From positions 1,284-65,283 of the forward strand of contig JAMJTW010000027.1 of assembly GCA_024281175.1 (NCBI GenBank): a DNA stretch of 64,000 bases, in the 5' to 3' direction. This DNA is from Candidatus Thiovulum imperiosus (GTDB lineage: Bacteria > Campylobacterota > Campylobacteria > Campylobacterales > Thiovulaceae). Position 1 is the stretch's first letter. The number at the start of each line of letters is the position of its first letter. A program made the translations under genes and the position numbers. Under the pieces are notes generated by a model that was given only the letters and a program-made list of their open reading frames with translations, searched no databases and was not told where the DNA came from. Below, in pieces: positions 19,695 to 29,897 of the stretch.

Positions 19695-20802
19695 AAAGGG
19701 GATAGTAGAATATATAGACCCAAAAGCGAAAAAGCTTCAAGAGAAATTAAAAAGAGCTGAAAAAAAGTTTGCAAAAAAAGAGGATAAGTTCCGAGAGCTA
19801 TCAGATTTTTTAAACGAGTTTGATAGATTTCTCTTTTCTAGGTTGAAAAAAAAGGTAGAAAAACTCGAGAAGTTGGAAGAGGAGTTTAGCTCTTTACAAT
19901 TCAAATCTGAAGAGAGTCCAGATATAGATTTTGAAGAGATATTTAGACAATTTGGTGAAAGTTTCAAAAATAAAGAGAGTGTAGAACTTTCAGATACAGA
20001 AAAAGAGGAGAGAGCTGAACTCAAATCTATATTTAAAAAGACAAGCAAACTTATTCACCCAGATATAGTTTCCGAAGAGGATAGAGATAGAGCCACAGAA
20101 ATATTTCAAGAGTTGAATAACCACTATAAAGAGGGTAATCTACTCAAAGTTCGAGAGATATATCGTCGAGTTTCAGAAAATGAGCCTCTGAAAAGTGTTG
20201 CTGAACAGAAATTGGATATGAAACTTCTTAAAAAAGAGATAGATACTTTAGAGGATAAGATAAATGATTTAGAATTTCATATCACTATTTTGGAACACAA
20301 AATAGATGAAATTCCAGAAGAGGAGTGGGAAGATATCGCTATAAATTCTGAAAAAGAGCTTGATAGTGCAATTGAAGAGATAAATTTCAAAATTAGAAAA
20401 TTTAAGAGAGAGTTAAGTGGAAACTTTAGAATTCCACAAGATAGAAGAGAGAAATTTAGAGAGATAGTGGAGATTACAGACTCTGTTGCAGAAGAGTTTT
20501 TTGACGAGGAGTATAAATTTCTATTTAAGAAACTTTCAGCACAAATTTCGAGAAAAAGAGATAAACCAACTTTAAAAGGAACTTCAAAGAGTTGGGGAGT
20601 TGGAGTTGTAATAGCAGTTTTAGAGATAAATGAAAAGAGAGGCTATTTGGGAAAGATTTCAAATTTCTTAGAAGTTAGTCAGACAACAAGAAAGACATAT
20701 GCAAACAGAGTTTTGGAACTTTCAAAAAAGAGTCATTACGACTATATGCACTCTTCAACGATTTCTAACTCTTCAGGCTTCTTTTTTAAATTTGGAGAGT
20801 AG
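19675..20802 (+). CDS. Coiled-coil J-domain protein fused to a DUF6398-like C-terminal domain
   Basis: KKTSKLIHPD..ATEIFQELN J-domain; EIVEITD..DEEY..SRKR.KP..KG..KSWGVG. Confidence 0.6.
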   Translation: MKKRVVEKGIVEYIDPKAKKLQEKLKRAEKKFAKKEDKFRELSDFLNEFDRFLFSRLKKKVEKLEKLEEEFSSLQFKSEESPDIDFEEIFRQFGESFKNKESVELSDTEKEERAELKSIFKKTSKLIHPDIVSEEDRDRATEIFQELNNHYKEGNLLKVREIYRRVSENEPLKSVAEQKLDMKLLKKEIDTLEDKINDLEFHITILEHKIDEIPEEEWEDIAINSEKELDSAIEEINFKIRKFKRELSGNFRIPQDRREKFREIVEITDSVAEEFFDEEYKFLFKKLSAQISRKRDKPTLKGTSKSWGVGVVIAVLEINEKRGYLGKISNFLEVSQTTRKTYANRVLELSKKSHYDYMHSSTISNSSGFFFKFGE

Positions 20803-21531
20803 ATGAGGTATCTTTTAATTTTACTACTTTTTGTAGGTTGTTCAGATAGCGATAGAAAAGTTGTAAATGTTGCTGTTGCTTCAAATGTGAGTTATGTAGT
20901 TCAAGAACTCAAATCAGAATTTGAGAAACTCTATCCAGATACAGAAATTCGAATTACAATTGGAAGTAGCGGAAAACTGACTGCTCAAATTATGAATGAA
21001 GCACCTTACCATATTTTTATGAGTGCTGATGTCTCCTATCCAGAAACTCTTTTTGAAAAAGGATTTGCTACCTCATCACCAATTGTTTATGCAAAAGGTG
21101 AACTTGCTCTACTCTCATCAAAAGAGAGAAATTTGAGTCTGGAAACTCTATTTTCTGATGACATTTCTAAAATTGCTGTCGCAAATCCAAAAATAGCACC
21201 TTATGGTAAAGCCTCTTTTGAAGTTTTGGAAAAGTTGGATAGAAATATCTCAGATAAACTTGTTTTTGGCGAGTCTATCTCTCAAACTCTATCTTATACT
21301 TTAACTGTAGCTGATATCGGTTTTGTAGCAAAGTCTGCTCTATACTCCCCAAAATTGGCACACCTTAGTAAGAATTGGATAGAGATACCGAAAGAGATGT
21401 ACTTTCCAATCAAACAGGGTGTTGTAATTCTTGAAAATGGTAAAGATGTAGTTGAAGTTGAAAACTTCTTTGAATTTCTTTTAAATGAGAATGGGCAAAA
21501 TATCTTCAAAAAGTTTGGCTACGGTGAATAG
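20803..21531 (+). CDS. modA: Molybdate ABC transporter substrate-binding protein
   Basis: Lipobox, AVASN, GSSGKL..QI, ANPKIAPYG, GESISQ. Confidence 0.92.
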   Translation: MRYLLILLLFVGCSDSDRKVVNVAVASNVSYVVQELKSEFEKLYPDTEIRITIGSSGKLTAQIMNEAPYHIFMSADVSYPETLFEKGFATSSPIVYAKGELALLSSKERNLSLETLFSDDISKIAVANPKIAPYGKASFEVLEKLDRNISDKLVFGESISQTLSYTLTVADIGFVAKSALYSPKLAHLSKNWIEIPKEMYFPIKQGVVILENGKDVVEVENFFEFLLNENGQNIFKKFGYGE

Positions 21532-21892
21532 AATTAGAGCTTCTCTTTTAAATGTTACAAAAGTTGAACAGTTGCATCTTTTAGAGTTTGACTTTTCTGG
21601 AAACTCTCTCTTTGTAGCAACTTTGGAACTACCAAAAATAGAAAACACCGTAACACTCTCTATAAATCCTCATCAAATCTCAATTGGAAAAAATCTCTCT
21701 GGTGAGATAAGCTGTATAAATAGATTTCCTGCAAAAGTTTCTAGTTTGGAATCTGGCAAAATATTTTCAATTCTAAAATTGGAAATTGGAGAAACAGTTT
21801 TAGAATCAACAGTTTTAAAAAATATGAATTTAAAAATTGGTGATGAGGTGGAAATCCTTATAAAAGCGACAGATATCTCAATAGATTTTTGA
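21524..21892 (+). CDS. TOBE/Mop-domain molybdate-binding protein
   Basis: ISCINRFPAKV, LKIGDEVEILIKATDI; GTG start overlaps the modA end. Confidence 0.8.
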   Translation: MNRIRASLLNVTKVEQLHLLEFDFSGNSLFVATLELPKIENTVTLSINPHQISIGKNLSGEISCINRFPAKVSSLESGKIFSILKLEIGETVLESTVLKNMNLKIGDEVEILIKATDISIDF

Positions 21893-22018
21893 CAAGATTT
21901 AAAAAACAAAGAGCTTTCGAGAATACTCGGAAACCCACTCTTTGAAAGTTATCAAGAGCTTGTAAATCCAAAAATAAATATTTCAACTCAAACTCTTATC
22001 GCCTTTCCAACTGAAGAA

Positions 22019-22100
22019 AAACACTCGCTAGTCTCTGTACTACCAAAAATACATGAGAAAACGAGTATACTAATGCCTATTCCTTAACTTGATGGCAATG
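22019..22100 (-). mobile_element. IS4/IS231-like element end (repeat family 2, copy 2)
   Basis: Minus strand starts CATTGCCATCAAGTTAAGGA (recalled IS231A IR is CATGCCCATCAACTTAAGAA); body repeats at 3044-3114. Confidence 0.6.
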
Positions 22101-22156
22101 CGAGTAGCTTGAAATGACAAACTCCCAATACCTGAGTAATTACCGTAAGTTAAATT

Positions 22157-22687
22157 TTAAAGATATGTATTTTTGAACTTTACATATCTTTCAGCAGAGT
22201 TGTAGAGTTCTTGAACCTCATCATCACTCAACTCTCGAACAGCTTTTGCTGGAGAACCGATGATAAGAGTTCTAGGAGGGAATTTTTTTCCTTTTGTTAC
22301 AAGAGAACCAGCACCAACAATACTCTCTTTTCCAATAACAGCACCATCAAGAATTGTTGCACTCATTCCTATAAGACAAGCATCTTCAATTGTACAGCCA
22401 TGAAGCATAACTCTATGACCAACTGTTACATCATTTCCAATAATTGTTGGGTTTCCATCACTCATATCTCGCTCACTACCTTTGTGATGAGTCGTATGAA
22501 CCATAGAGAGGTCTTGGATATTTGTTCTATCTCCAATTCGGATTGAGTGAACATCTCCTCTAATCACTGCTCCAAACCAGATAGCTGACTCTTTTCCAAT
22601 CTCCACATCTCCTATTACTGATGAGGTCTCGGCAACCCAAGCCCCATCACAAATTTTTGGAGAGTACTCTAAGTAGTCTTTAACCAC
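22157..22687 (-). CDS. Gamma carbonic anhydrase family (YrdA-like)
   Basis: IWFGAVIRGD, NIQD, TVGHRVMLHGC hexapeptide repeats. Confidence 0.92.
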   Translation of the reverse strand: MVKDYLEYSPKICDGAWVAETSSVIGDVEIGKESAIWFGAVIRGDVHSIRIGDRTNIQDLSMVHTTHHKGSERDMSDGNPTIIGNDVTVGHRVMLHGCTIEDACLIGMSATILDGAVIGKESIVGAGSLVTKGKKFPPRTLIIGSPAKAVRELSDDEVQELYNSAERYVKFKNTYL

Positions 22688-23548
22688 CTATTTCTCTACC
22701 TTCTCTATTGTTTCATAGAAATTTCCATAAACCTTTTTCCCATCTAAATAGATAGTTGGAGTTCCCCTAACATCTAATTCTGAAGCAACATCTCTGTCGT
22801 GATTTACAGATTTCACAGCCAATGGGTTTTCAGCATATTGTGTTGTGAATTGTAATCCCGTAGCTTTATTGAACGCTTCAACTATCTTATTGACATCTCT
22901 CTCTCTTGCACTAACATCTGAATTGTAGGCTTTTGAGATTGCATCAAATTTTCCTTGAACTTGAGCCATATACATAAGTCGAGTCAATTCTACTGCAGCA
23001 GGGTGAATTGAGTCAAGTGGTAAATGGTAGTAGTAAACAGCAAAAGTTTGAGGATACTGTTTTACATAATCAAGCATTGGAGGAACATTCATTTTACAGT
23101 AAGGACATAGTGGGTCACTAAAAACAACTATCTTATGTTTTGAAGAGATAGTTCCTGAAATAAGATGGTTTTGAGAATAGTGTTTCTGCTCAATTTTCGG
23201 TTCAAAAAGTGATGCCCAATCCTCTCCATCTAAACTTGAAAGAGTGTTTGTAAAGTTACACCCATCTGTAAAAAAGATATTAGGCTCAGAGAATGGAACT
23301 ATTTTCCCTTTATGTTTTGCTTGTCCAGAGAGTTTGACTTTAACTCCTTTCCAAAGACCATAAGAGTTTGGAACAACTTTTGAATCTAAAACAGAAATAT
23401 CTAATTTCAAAATGTGAGGTAGATTTTCATATTTCTTTTGAAGAAATTGAGAGAGTTTCTCTTCATGGTCTACAAAACAAGCAGAAAATAGAGAAGTTGA
23501 GAATAGGGAGGACAGAAATAGAATAGAGAACTTTTTTGATAAGTTCAT
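22688..23548 (-). CDS. Periplasmic thioredoxin-fold disulfide oxidoreductase/isomerase (Dsb family)
   Basis: Signal peptide; FSDPLCPYC; GTPT cis-Pro loop. Confidence 0.85.
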   Translation of the reverse strand: MNLSKKFSILFLSSLFSTSLFSACFVDHEEKLSQFLQKKYENLPHILKLDISVLDSKVVPNSYGLWKGVKVKLSGQAKHKGKIVPFSEPNIFFTDGCNFTNTLSSLDGEDWASLFEPKIEQKHYSQNHLISGTISSKHKIVVFSDPLCPYCKMNVPPMLDYVKQYPQTFAVYYYHLPLDSIHPAAVELTRLMYMAQVQGKFDAISKAYNSDVSARERDVNKIVEAFNKATGLQFTTQYAENPLAVKSVNHDRDVASELDVRGTPTIYLDGKKVYGNFYETIEKVEK

Positions 23549-23695
23549 AAAAACTCCTGTTTAATTTTAACTTAAATTATACCAAGAAGTTAGAAGATTT
23601 GCTCTATATAAATTTTAAATATATTTTTTATTTTAACTAATAATTTAGAGAACTGTAAGAATGTTATAATTCAAACAATTAAAATTGGAGTAATA

Positions 23696-25942
23696 TTGAT
23701 GGATAGTATATTTAACACAGGTAGCTGTGTACTTTGCAAACTAAATGATGATTACGGTTTTCTTATTAAAGAGGTAATGCTATTTAGGGCTATCAGTGAA
23801 TATATTGACCAGATAGATCTAAGTGTGGATTTTGGGATTGTAACAAATCTCTTTGCTATTCATCCAAACTTTTCCCTAGCACTAAAAGATTATTTTATAG
23901 CGAAATTTTCTCCAGATATTAAAGAGGGTAGAGAAGAGCTAATTGCCAAAGCAGAAGCTGATATAGAGACTTCTTCTGTAAATGGAGAGTTATCTGCTTT
24001 AGCTATTGCAGTATTTAAAAGTATTGAGAGAACAAACTACTTTTTAGATAAAGAGAGTATAGCAATTAAGATAAATTTAAAACCTATACATCATCTTTTA
24101 AGAGGTTTACAGCCAAATTACGAAATTTTTGTGTATCACCCTGAATTTATGGGATTACATTTGAGAATGACTCGGGTTAGTCGAGGTGGACTTCGATGGA
24201 GTGAAAGAGCAGATTTTCGAGAAGAGATAAAATCTCTTATGATAACTCAAGATGGAAAGAACTCTATCATTGTTCCAGCTGGAGCAAAAGGTGGATTTTA
24301 TATAAATCGAGAGAGAGATAAAATTACAAAAGAGATATTTCAAGATTTCTACTCAAAATTTATTCACAATCTTCTTGACATGGTAGATAACAGAGTTGGA
24401 AATAAGATTACAAATAGAAGTAGAGTTTTAAAATATGATGAAGATGACACCTATTTTGTAGTTGCTGCTGATAAGGGAACAGCACAAATGAGTGATGTTG
24501 CCAATGAGATTGCAATTTCTAGGGAGTTCTGGCTTGGAGACGCTTTTGCAAGTGGTGGAAGCAATGGCTATTCACATAAAGATTTAGGAATTACTGCAAA
24601 AGGTGCTTTTGTTTCTACTGAGAGATTTTTCATTGAAAAGGGTTTCAACTTCTATGAGACTCCTATTTCAGTTGTTGGTATTGGCTCTATGAATGGTGAT
24701 GTTTTTGGAAATGGAATTCAACTTAGTGAGAAGTTTCGTCTGCTTGGAGCTTTTTCACACAAAGAGATTTTCATCGACCCAAATCCAAGCAAAGATGCTC
24801 ATCTGGAGAGAAAGAGACTCTTCTACTCTAATAACGGTTCTTGGAGTCAATATGATAAGAACCTCATCTCCAAAGGTGGAGGAGTCTTCAGCAGAAAAGA
24901 TGAGAAAATTCTTGTAACTCCAGAAATGAAAGAGATTTTTGGAATTTCTGAAGAGATTGTTTCCGGAGAAGAATTAATTCGATATCTTTTAACTGCAAAA
25001 GTGGATTTACTATTCAATGGTGGGGTTGGAACTTATGTAAAATCTTCTAAAGAGAGTAATAATGCAGTTGGAGACTATGGAAATTTTAATGTTCGGGTTG
25101 ATGCAAAAGAACTTAAAGCATTTGCTGTTTGTGAGGGAGGAAACTTAGGTTTCACTCAAGAAGGTAGAGTTGAGTATGCTCTGAATGGAGGAAGAATAAA
25201 TCTTGATGGTATCGACAATTCTGCTGGTGTAAATATTTCTGACCATGAAGTAAATATGAAAATTCTTTTAACTCTTTTTCAAAATTCAGAAGAGGAGAAG
25301 AGAGAACTTCTTAGAGATGCAACAACAGATATTGTAAATTTAGTTTTGGAGTCAAACTACAATCAAGCCCTTGCAATTTCATTAGATGAGACTAGAAATC
25401 AGAGAGATGAACTACTATCTGTAATAGAGCTTCTTGAAGAGAAACTTCCACAATTCAAGAGAAAGTATTTTGCAATATCAGATAATAAGGATTTTGAAAT
25501 CAACAGACCAAATCTCTCTTTTCTAATCTCCTACTCAAAGATACTTCTGAAAATGGTTCTAATTAAGGATAAGTCTGAAAAGAACCTTCTTGATAGTTTT
25601 TTTGCAAAAAAGTATCTTTTGGACTATTTTCCACCTAAGTTTAAAAAGTCTTATGATACTGTACAGCAACACCCACTTTCAAGAGAGATAATTGGAACTG
25701 TAATTTCGGATAAAGTTATCAATACTCAAGGTGTAACAATTCTAAATTTCTTACCAGAACTTGGAGAAGATGAGTTTAGAAAACTAATTGAGAGATATTT
25801 GAAACTAGAGCAGTTAGCTAATGCTGATGAGGTTCGAAGTAGACTTGGAAAGTCAAAAGAGAACTACTCAAAACTTATAGAGTATGAAAAGAGACTTCTC
25901 TCTTATGAAGAGAGTTTTAGAGAATTTGAAAAGAGCTATTAG
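23696..25942 (+). CDS. gdhB: NAD-specific glutamate dehydrogenase (large GdhB type, compact)
   Basis: RGGLRWS, KNSIIVPAGAKGGF, YFVVAADKGTA, DAFASGG, EGGNLGFTQ, DNSAGV..SDHEVN. Confidence 0.88.
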   Translation: MMDSIFNTGSCVLCKLNDDYGFLIKEVMLFRAISEYIDQIDLSVDFGIVTNLFAIHPNFSLALKDYFIAKFSPDIKEGREELIAKAEADIETSSVNGELSALAIAVFKSIERTNYFLDKESIAIKINLKPIHHLLRGLQPNYEIFVYHPEFMGLHLRMTRVSRGGLRWSERADFREEIKSLMITQDGKNSIIVPAGAKGGFYINRERDKITKEIFQDFYSKFIHNLLDMVDNRVGNKITNRSRVLKYDEDDTYFVVAADKGTAQMSDVANEIAISREFWLGDAFASGGSNGYSHKDLGITAKGAFVSTERFFIEKGFNFYETPISVVGIGSMNGDVFGNGIQLSEKFRLLGAFSHKEIFIDPNPSKDAHLERKRLFYSNNGSWSQYDKNLISKGGGVFSRKDEKILVTPEMKEIFGISEEIVSGEELIRYLLTAKVDLLFNGGVGTYVKSSKESNNAVGDYGNFNVRVDAKELKAFAVCEGGNLGFTQEGRVEYALNGGRINLDGIDNSAGVNISDHEVNMKILLTLFQNSEEEKRELLRDATTDIVNLVLESNYNQALAISLDETRNQRDELLSVIELLEEKLPQFKRKYFAISDNKDFEINRPNLSFLISYSKILLKMVLIKDKSEKNLLDSFFAKKYLLDYFPPKFKKSYDTVQQHPLSREIIGTVISDKVINTQGVTILNFLPELGEDEFRKLIERYLKLEQLANADEVRSRLGKSKENYSKLIEYEKRLLSYEESFREFEKSY

Positions 25943-26689
25943 ATGAAAAAATATCTATTATCTCTATTTGCAATACCTCTTTTTGCAATAAAGCCAATTA
26001 GCATCTACCAAATTGGAGAGAAAGATGTCGGTTTTTATGGAGATTTTGATGTATCCTTTTTAACTTTAAGAGGAAATACAGAGACAGAGACTTACTCTGT
26101 TTCTGCTTCTCTTCAGAGATTTAATGAAGCGAGTATCTGGTTTCTAAATGGTAGTCACACCTTTTCCCAAAGTTTAGGAGAGACAACAGCCGATAGCACT
26201 TTTGCACACCTTAGGAATATTAGAGAAGTTGTAAAAGATTTGAAAAGTTATGGTGAGATAGATTGGGAAACTTTTGGACAGATAGAGAAAGATAAGTTTC
26301 AGAAGTTGGCTTCAAGAACACTACTTGGTAGCGGATTTAGATTTAAACCTTATGAAGAGTACTACATCTTTTTTGGAATATCACCAATGTATGTTAAAGA
26401 GACCTATTTGGACAATACAAACTCTGAGCAGAGTTTTAGAGGAAATTTTTATGTAAATTTCAAAAGAGATTTAACTGAACTAACTTCTGTATCTTACACT
26501 GGATATTATCAACCAAAACTTGGATACTCTAATGATTATGATATGACCCATAGTTTCCTATTTAAAAATAGAGTTACAGAAGAGCTATCTATAATTTTTC
26601 AAATATCTCATGATTATGACTCTCACCCAATTGAAAATGTTAAACGGTATGATATGGAGCAGAAAACATCATTCACTTATGAATTTTAG
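25943..26689 (+). CDS. DUF481-like outer membrane beta-barrel protein
   Basis: Signal peptide, RGNTET, FAHLR, YYQPK, C-terminal YEF. Confidence 0.75.
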   Translation: MKKYLLSLFAIPLFAIKPISIYQIGEKDVGFYGDFDVSFLTLRGNTETETYSVSASLQRFNEASIWFLNGSHTFSQSLGETTADSTFAHLRNIREVVKDLKSYGEIDWETFGQIEKDKFQKLASRTLLGSGFRFKPYEEYYIFFGISPMYVKETYLDNTNSEQSFRGNFYVNFKRDLTELTSVSYTGYYQPKLGYSNDYDMTHSFLFKNRVTEELSIIFQISHDYDSHPIENVKRYDMEQKTSFTYEF

Positions 26690-26696
26690 GATATAA

Positions 26697-27260
26697 ATGA
26701 GAAATTTTATTTCAAAACAGATAAGAGATTCAATAGAGATAAAAAGAGAACTTTCAGAAGATACAATTTTAGAGATTTCTGAAAAAGCAGTAGAAATATA
26801 TAGAGATGGGAAAAAGACTCTTATTGCAGGAAATGGTGGTAGTGCAGCAGATGCTCAACACATTGCGGGAGAGTTTGTAAGTCGTTTCTATTTCGACCGT
26901 CCAGCACTACCTTCAGTTGCATTAACTACGGATACTTCAATTCTTACAGCAGTTGGAAATGATTATGGTTATGAAGATATCTTCTCTCGACAGATAGAAG
27001 CAAATGGAGTTGAGGGAGATATGTTTATTGCTATCTCTACAAGTGGAAACTCAAAAAATATTTTGAAAGCTCTAAAAGTTGCAAAAGAGAAAAACCTCAT
27101 CACTGTTGGGTTTACAGGAAGTAGTGGAGGAGAGATGGAAGAACTTTGTGACTACATTTTGAAAGTTCCATCATCAGATACTCCAAGAGTTCAAGAGTCT
27201 CACATTTTAGCTGGACATATTATTTGTGCTGTTGTAGAAAAGGAACTTTTTGGAAAATAG
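26697..27260 (+). CDS. gmhA: Phosphoheptose isomerase
   Basis: GNGGSAADAQH, NDYGY, STSGNS, QESH. Confidence 0.96.
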   Translation: MRNFISKQIRDSIEIKRELSEDTILEISEKAVEIYRDGKKTLIAGNGGSAADAQHIAGEFVSRFYFDRPALPSVALTTDTSILTAVGNDYGYEDIFSRQIEANGVEGDMFIAISTSGNSKNILKALKVAKEKNLITVGFTGSSGGEMEELCDYILKVPSSDTPRVQESHILAGHIICAVVEKELFGK

Positions 27261-28176
27261 ATATTTAATTACTGGAGTGGCTGGTTTTATCGGTTCCCAC
27301 ATTGCAGAAGAGTTATTAAAAGCTGGAGAAACTGTAATAGGAGTAGACAACTTTTATAGTGGAAAAATAGAAAATATAGAATTTTTAAAAGGGTTGGGAG
27401 ATTTCAAATTTCTAGAACTAGATATAAGAGATTTTGAAAAAATGGAAAAGTTCTTTGAGATAGAGAAACCAACTCATATTTTTCATTTAGCAGCAGTTGC
27501 TTCTGTTCAGAAGTCGATAGAAGAACCACTTTTTACAAATGAAGTAAATATTGTAGGAACTCTAAATCTTCTGGAATTATCTAAAAGATTTGAAGTTCGT
27601 AGATTAGTTTTCTCAAGTAGTGCTGCTGTTTATGGAGATGAACCAACTCTGCCAAAAGATGAGAATTCACCAATAAGTCCAATCTCACCTTATGGATTTG
27701 AGAAACTTATGGGTGAAAATTATATGAAGATATACAACTCTCTATACGGTCTCGAAACAGTTTCACTACGATATTTCAATGTTTATGGAGAGAGACAAGA
27801 CCCAAGTAGCGAATACTCTGGAGTTATCTCAATTTTCGAAGATAAGATTTCTAAAGGGGAAGCTCCAAATATATATGGTGATGGAACTCAATTTCGAGAT
27901 TTTATCTATGTAAAAGATATTGTGAAAATAAATCTTTTAGCAATGTCAAAACCTAAAGCAGTTGGAGAGATTTTCTCTTGTGGTACAGGAGAAACAACAA
28001 CAATTCTTGAACTTTTTGAAACTGTAAAAGAGAAATATAAGATAGATATCTCTCCAAAATTTTGTGAAGCGAGAAATGGAGATATTAGAGAATCTGTCTG
28101 CCGAAACTCAAAAATAGAAGAGATTCTTGGAATTTCAGAATTTACAAAATTTGAAGATGGAATTGCAAAATTATAG
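27250..28176 (+). CDS. NAD-dependent nucleotide-sugar epimerase/dehydratase (extended SDR)
   Basis: TGVAGFIGS, HLAA, SSAAVYG, YGFEK, LRYFNVYG. Confidence 0.9.
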   Translation: MENRYLITGVAGFIGSHIAEELLKAGETVIGVDNFYSGKIENIEFLKGLGDFKFLELDIRDFEKMEKFFEIEKPTHIFHLAAVASVQKSIEEPLFTNEVNIVGTLNLLELSKRFEVRRLVFSSSAAVYGDEPTLPKDENSPISPISPYGFEKLMGENYMKIYNSLYGLETVSLRYFNVYGERQDPSSEYSGVISIFEDKISKGEAPNIYGDGTQFRDFIYVKDIVKINLLAMSKPKAVGEIFSCGTGETTTILELFETVKEKYKIDISPKFCEARNGDIRESVCRNSKIEEILGISEFTKFEDGIAKL

Positions 28177-28183
28177 GAGAATT

Positions 28184-29164
28184 ATGAATTATAAAGAGAG
28201 TAGAGATAAATTTAATAAAGTTTTTAAAAGAGAGTTAGGAGAGAGTGAAATTAGAGAACTTCTACTCTACCTACATAAGAAAGGGGAGAGTTCCGAAGAG
28301 ATTGCTGGAGCAATGGAGGCTATGAAGAGTCACTCTGTCAAAGTTATAGTTGATGAGGAATTTCGAGATTTACTTATGGATAACTGCGGAACTGGTGGAG
28401 ATAAAAGTGGTAGTTTCAACATCTCAACAACAACTTCTTTTGTTTTAGCTGGAGCTGGAAGTTATGTGGCAAAACATGGAAATAGGAGTATCACAAGTCG
28501 TTCAGGTAGTGCTGATGTTCTTGAAAAGTTAGGTTTCAACTTTAATTTATCTCCAATTCAACACGCTATTTTACTTCAAAGTAGTAGATTTACTTTTATG
28601 TTTGCACAGAACCATCACCCCGCAATGAAATATATAATGCCGATTAGAAAATCGATACCTCATCGAACAATTTTCAATATTTTAGGTCCATTAACAAATC
28701 CAGCAGATGTGAAAAAACAGCTTGTTGGTGTATTTTCAAAAGAGTTTCTGAAATCTGTTGGAGATGCACTTCAGATATCTGGCACTGATAGCTTTGTTGT
28801 CTCAAGTAGAGATGGTCTTGATGAGGTTTCAATTTCTGATATCACATACTTCTACAAAGTGATAGATGGTAAAAAAGAGGAGGGTGAAATTGACCCTGAA
28901 AAGTATGGATTTCACAAAAGAGATATCTCTGAAATTAGAGGTGGTGATGCAAAAGAGAATGCAGAAACCATTCTTGGAATTTTAGAAAATAGAATTTTTG
29001 GAGCTAAAAGAGATATTGTAATTTTAAACTCTGCTGTTGCTCTTATTGCTGATAAAAAAGCGAGAGATATTCAAGATGGTATTGAGATGGCAAAAGACTC
29101 TATCGAGTCTGGAAAAGCTCTTCGTCAAATGAAACTATCTATCGATATGTCAAGAAGACTTTAA
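28184..29164 (+). CDS. trpD: Anthranilate phosphoribosyltransferase
   Basis: DNCGTGGD, FNIST, KHGNRS..S.SGSAD, RTIFNILGP; ATG 28184 follows AGGAG. Confidence 0.95.
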   Translation: MNYKESRDKFNKVFKRELGESEIRELLLYLHKKGESSEEIAGAMEAMKSHSVKVIVDEEFRDLLMDNCGTGGDKSGSFNISTTTSFVLAGAGSYVAKHGNRSITSRSGSADVLEKLGFNFNLSPIQHAILLQSSRFTFMFAQNHHPAMKYIMPIRKSIPHRTIFNILGPLTNPADVKKQLVGVFSKEFLKSVGDALQISGTDSFVVSSRDGLDEVSISDITYFYKVIDGKKEEGEIDPEKYGFHKRDISEIRGGDAKENAETILGILENRIFGAKRDIVILNSAVALIADKKARDIQDGIEMAKDSIESGKALRQMKLSIDMSRRL

Positions 29165-29171
29165 AAAATGC

Positions 29172-29194
29172 GAAGAGTCTTTTTGAGACTCTTC
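29172..29194. terminator. Hairpin between convergent genes
   Basis: GAAGAGTCT-ttttg-AGACTCTTC. Confidence 0.65.
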
Positions 29195-29201
29195 TATTTA
29201 C

Positions 29202-29897
29202 TTAGAATGCGAATTCTCCTGCATCTCTCAATTTATCAAGCATCTCATTTGCTTTCTCATTTCCAAGAGATGCAGACTTTCGAAGTTGCTCAAGAGCCAA
29301 ATCACTATTTTGTTCAACTCCCAAACCGTTGTCGTAACAGTATCCTAAATTGTACATAGCTTGGCTATTCCCCATATCTGAAGCCCTTTTGAAAAGGTGA
29401 GCTGCTTTTTCATAACTCTGTTCAACTCCAAGACCATCTCGAAAGAGAACTCCAAGATTGTTGAAAGACTCAATATTCCCTCTTTTTGCACCCTCTTCAT
29501 ACCAGAAAGCTGACTCCGAATAGTTCTGCTCACAGCCGATACCATTCTCAAGCATATAAGCTGTTTCAAACTGGGCATGAGGAACTTCTAAAATTGCAGA
29601 TTTAAGAAATAGTTGAAAAGCTACTCTTTCATCAGGTAGAGTTCCAAGACCATTCAAATAGAGAACAGCAAGATTGTGTAGGGCAAATGGGTATTCAAAC
29701 TTTACGGCTTCCTCATACCAAACTTTCGCCTTTGCAAAATCCTGCTCAACACCCTCTCCATTTTGATACATATATCCAATACTTGTTTGAGCTTTTGGGT
29801 CTCCATTTTTTGCTAAATTCTCATATATCTCAAATGCCTCTTTGAAACTACCTTTACTATACAGCAGTTCAGCGATTTTATGCTCTTCTTCGTTCAA
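29202..29897 (-). CDS. Sel1-like repeat protein
   Basis: Five repeats of A..NLG..Y.NG.GVEQ...A..WY..A. Confidence 0.92.
   Translation of the reverse strand: MNEEEHKIAELLYSKGSFKEAFEIYENLAKNGDPKAQTSIGYMYQNGEGVEQDFAKAKVWYEEAVKFEYPFALHNLAVLYLNGLGTLPDERVAFQLFLKSAILEVPHAQFETAYMLENGIGCEQNYSESAFWYEEGAKRGNIESFNNLGVLFRDGLGVEQSYEKAAHLFKRASDMGNSQAMYNLGYCYDNGLGVEQNSDLALEQLRKSASLGNEKANEMLDKLRDAGEFAF

Noticed and set aside
21893-22087. Open frame continuing past the TGA of the TOBE gene (possible readthrough or selenocysteine)
   Set aside because: The TOBE domain is already complete, no SECIS-like hairpin is recognisable and the tail runs into the IS-like repeat; more likely a gene relic
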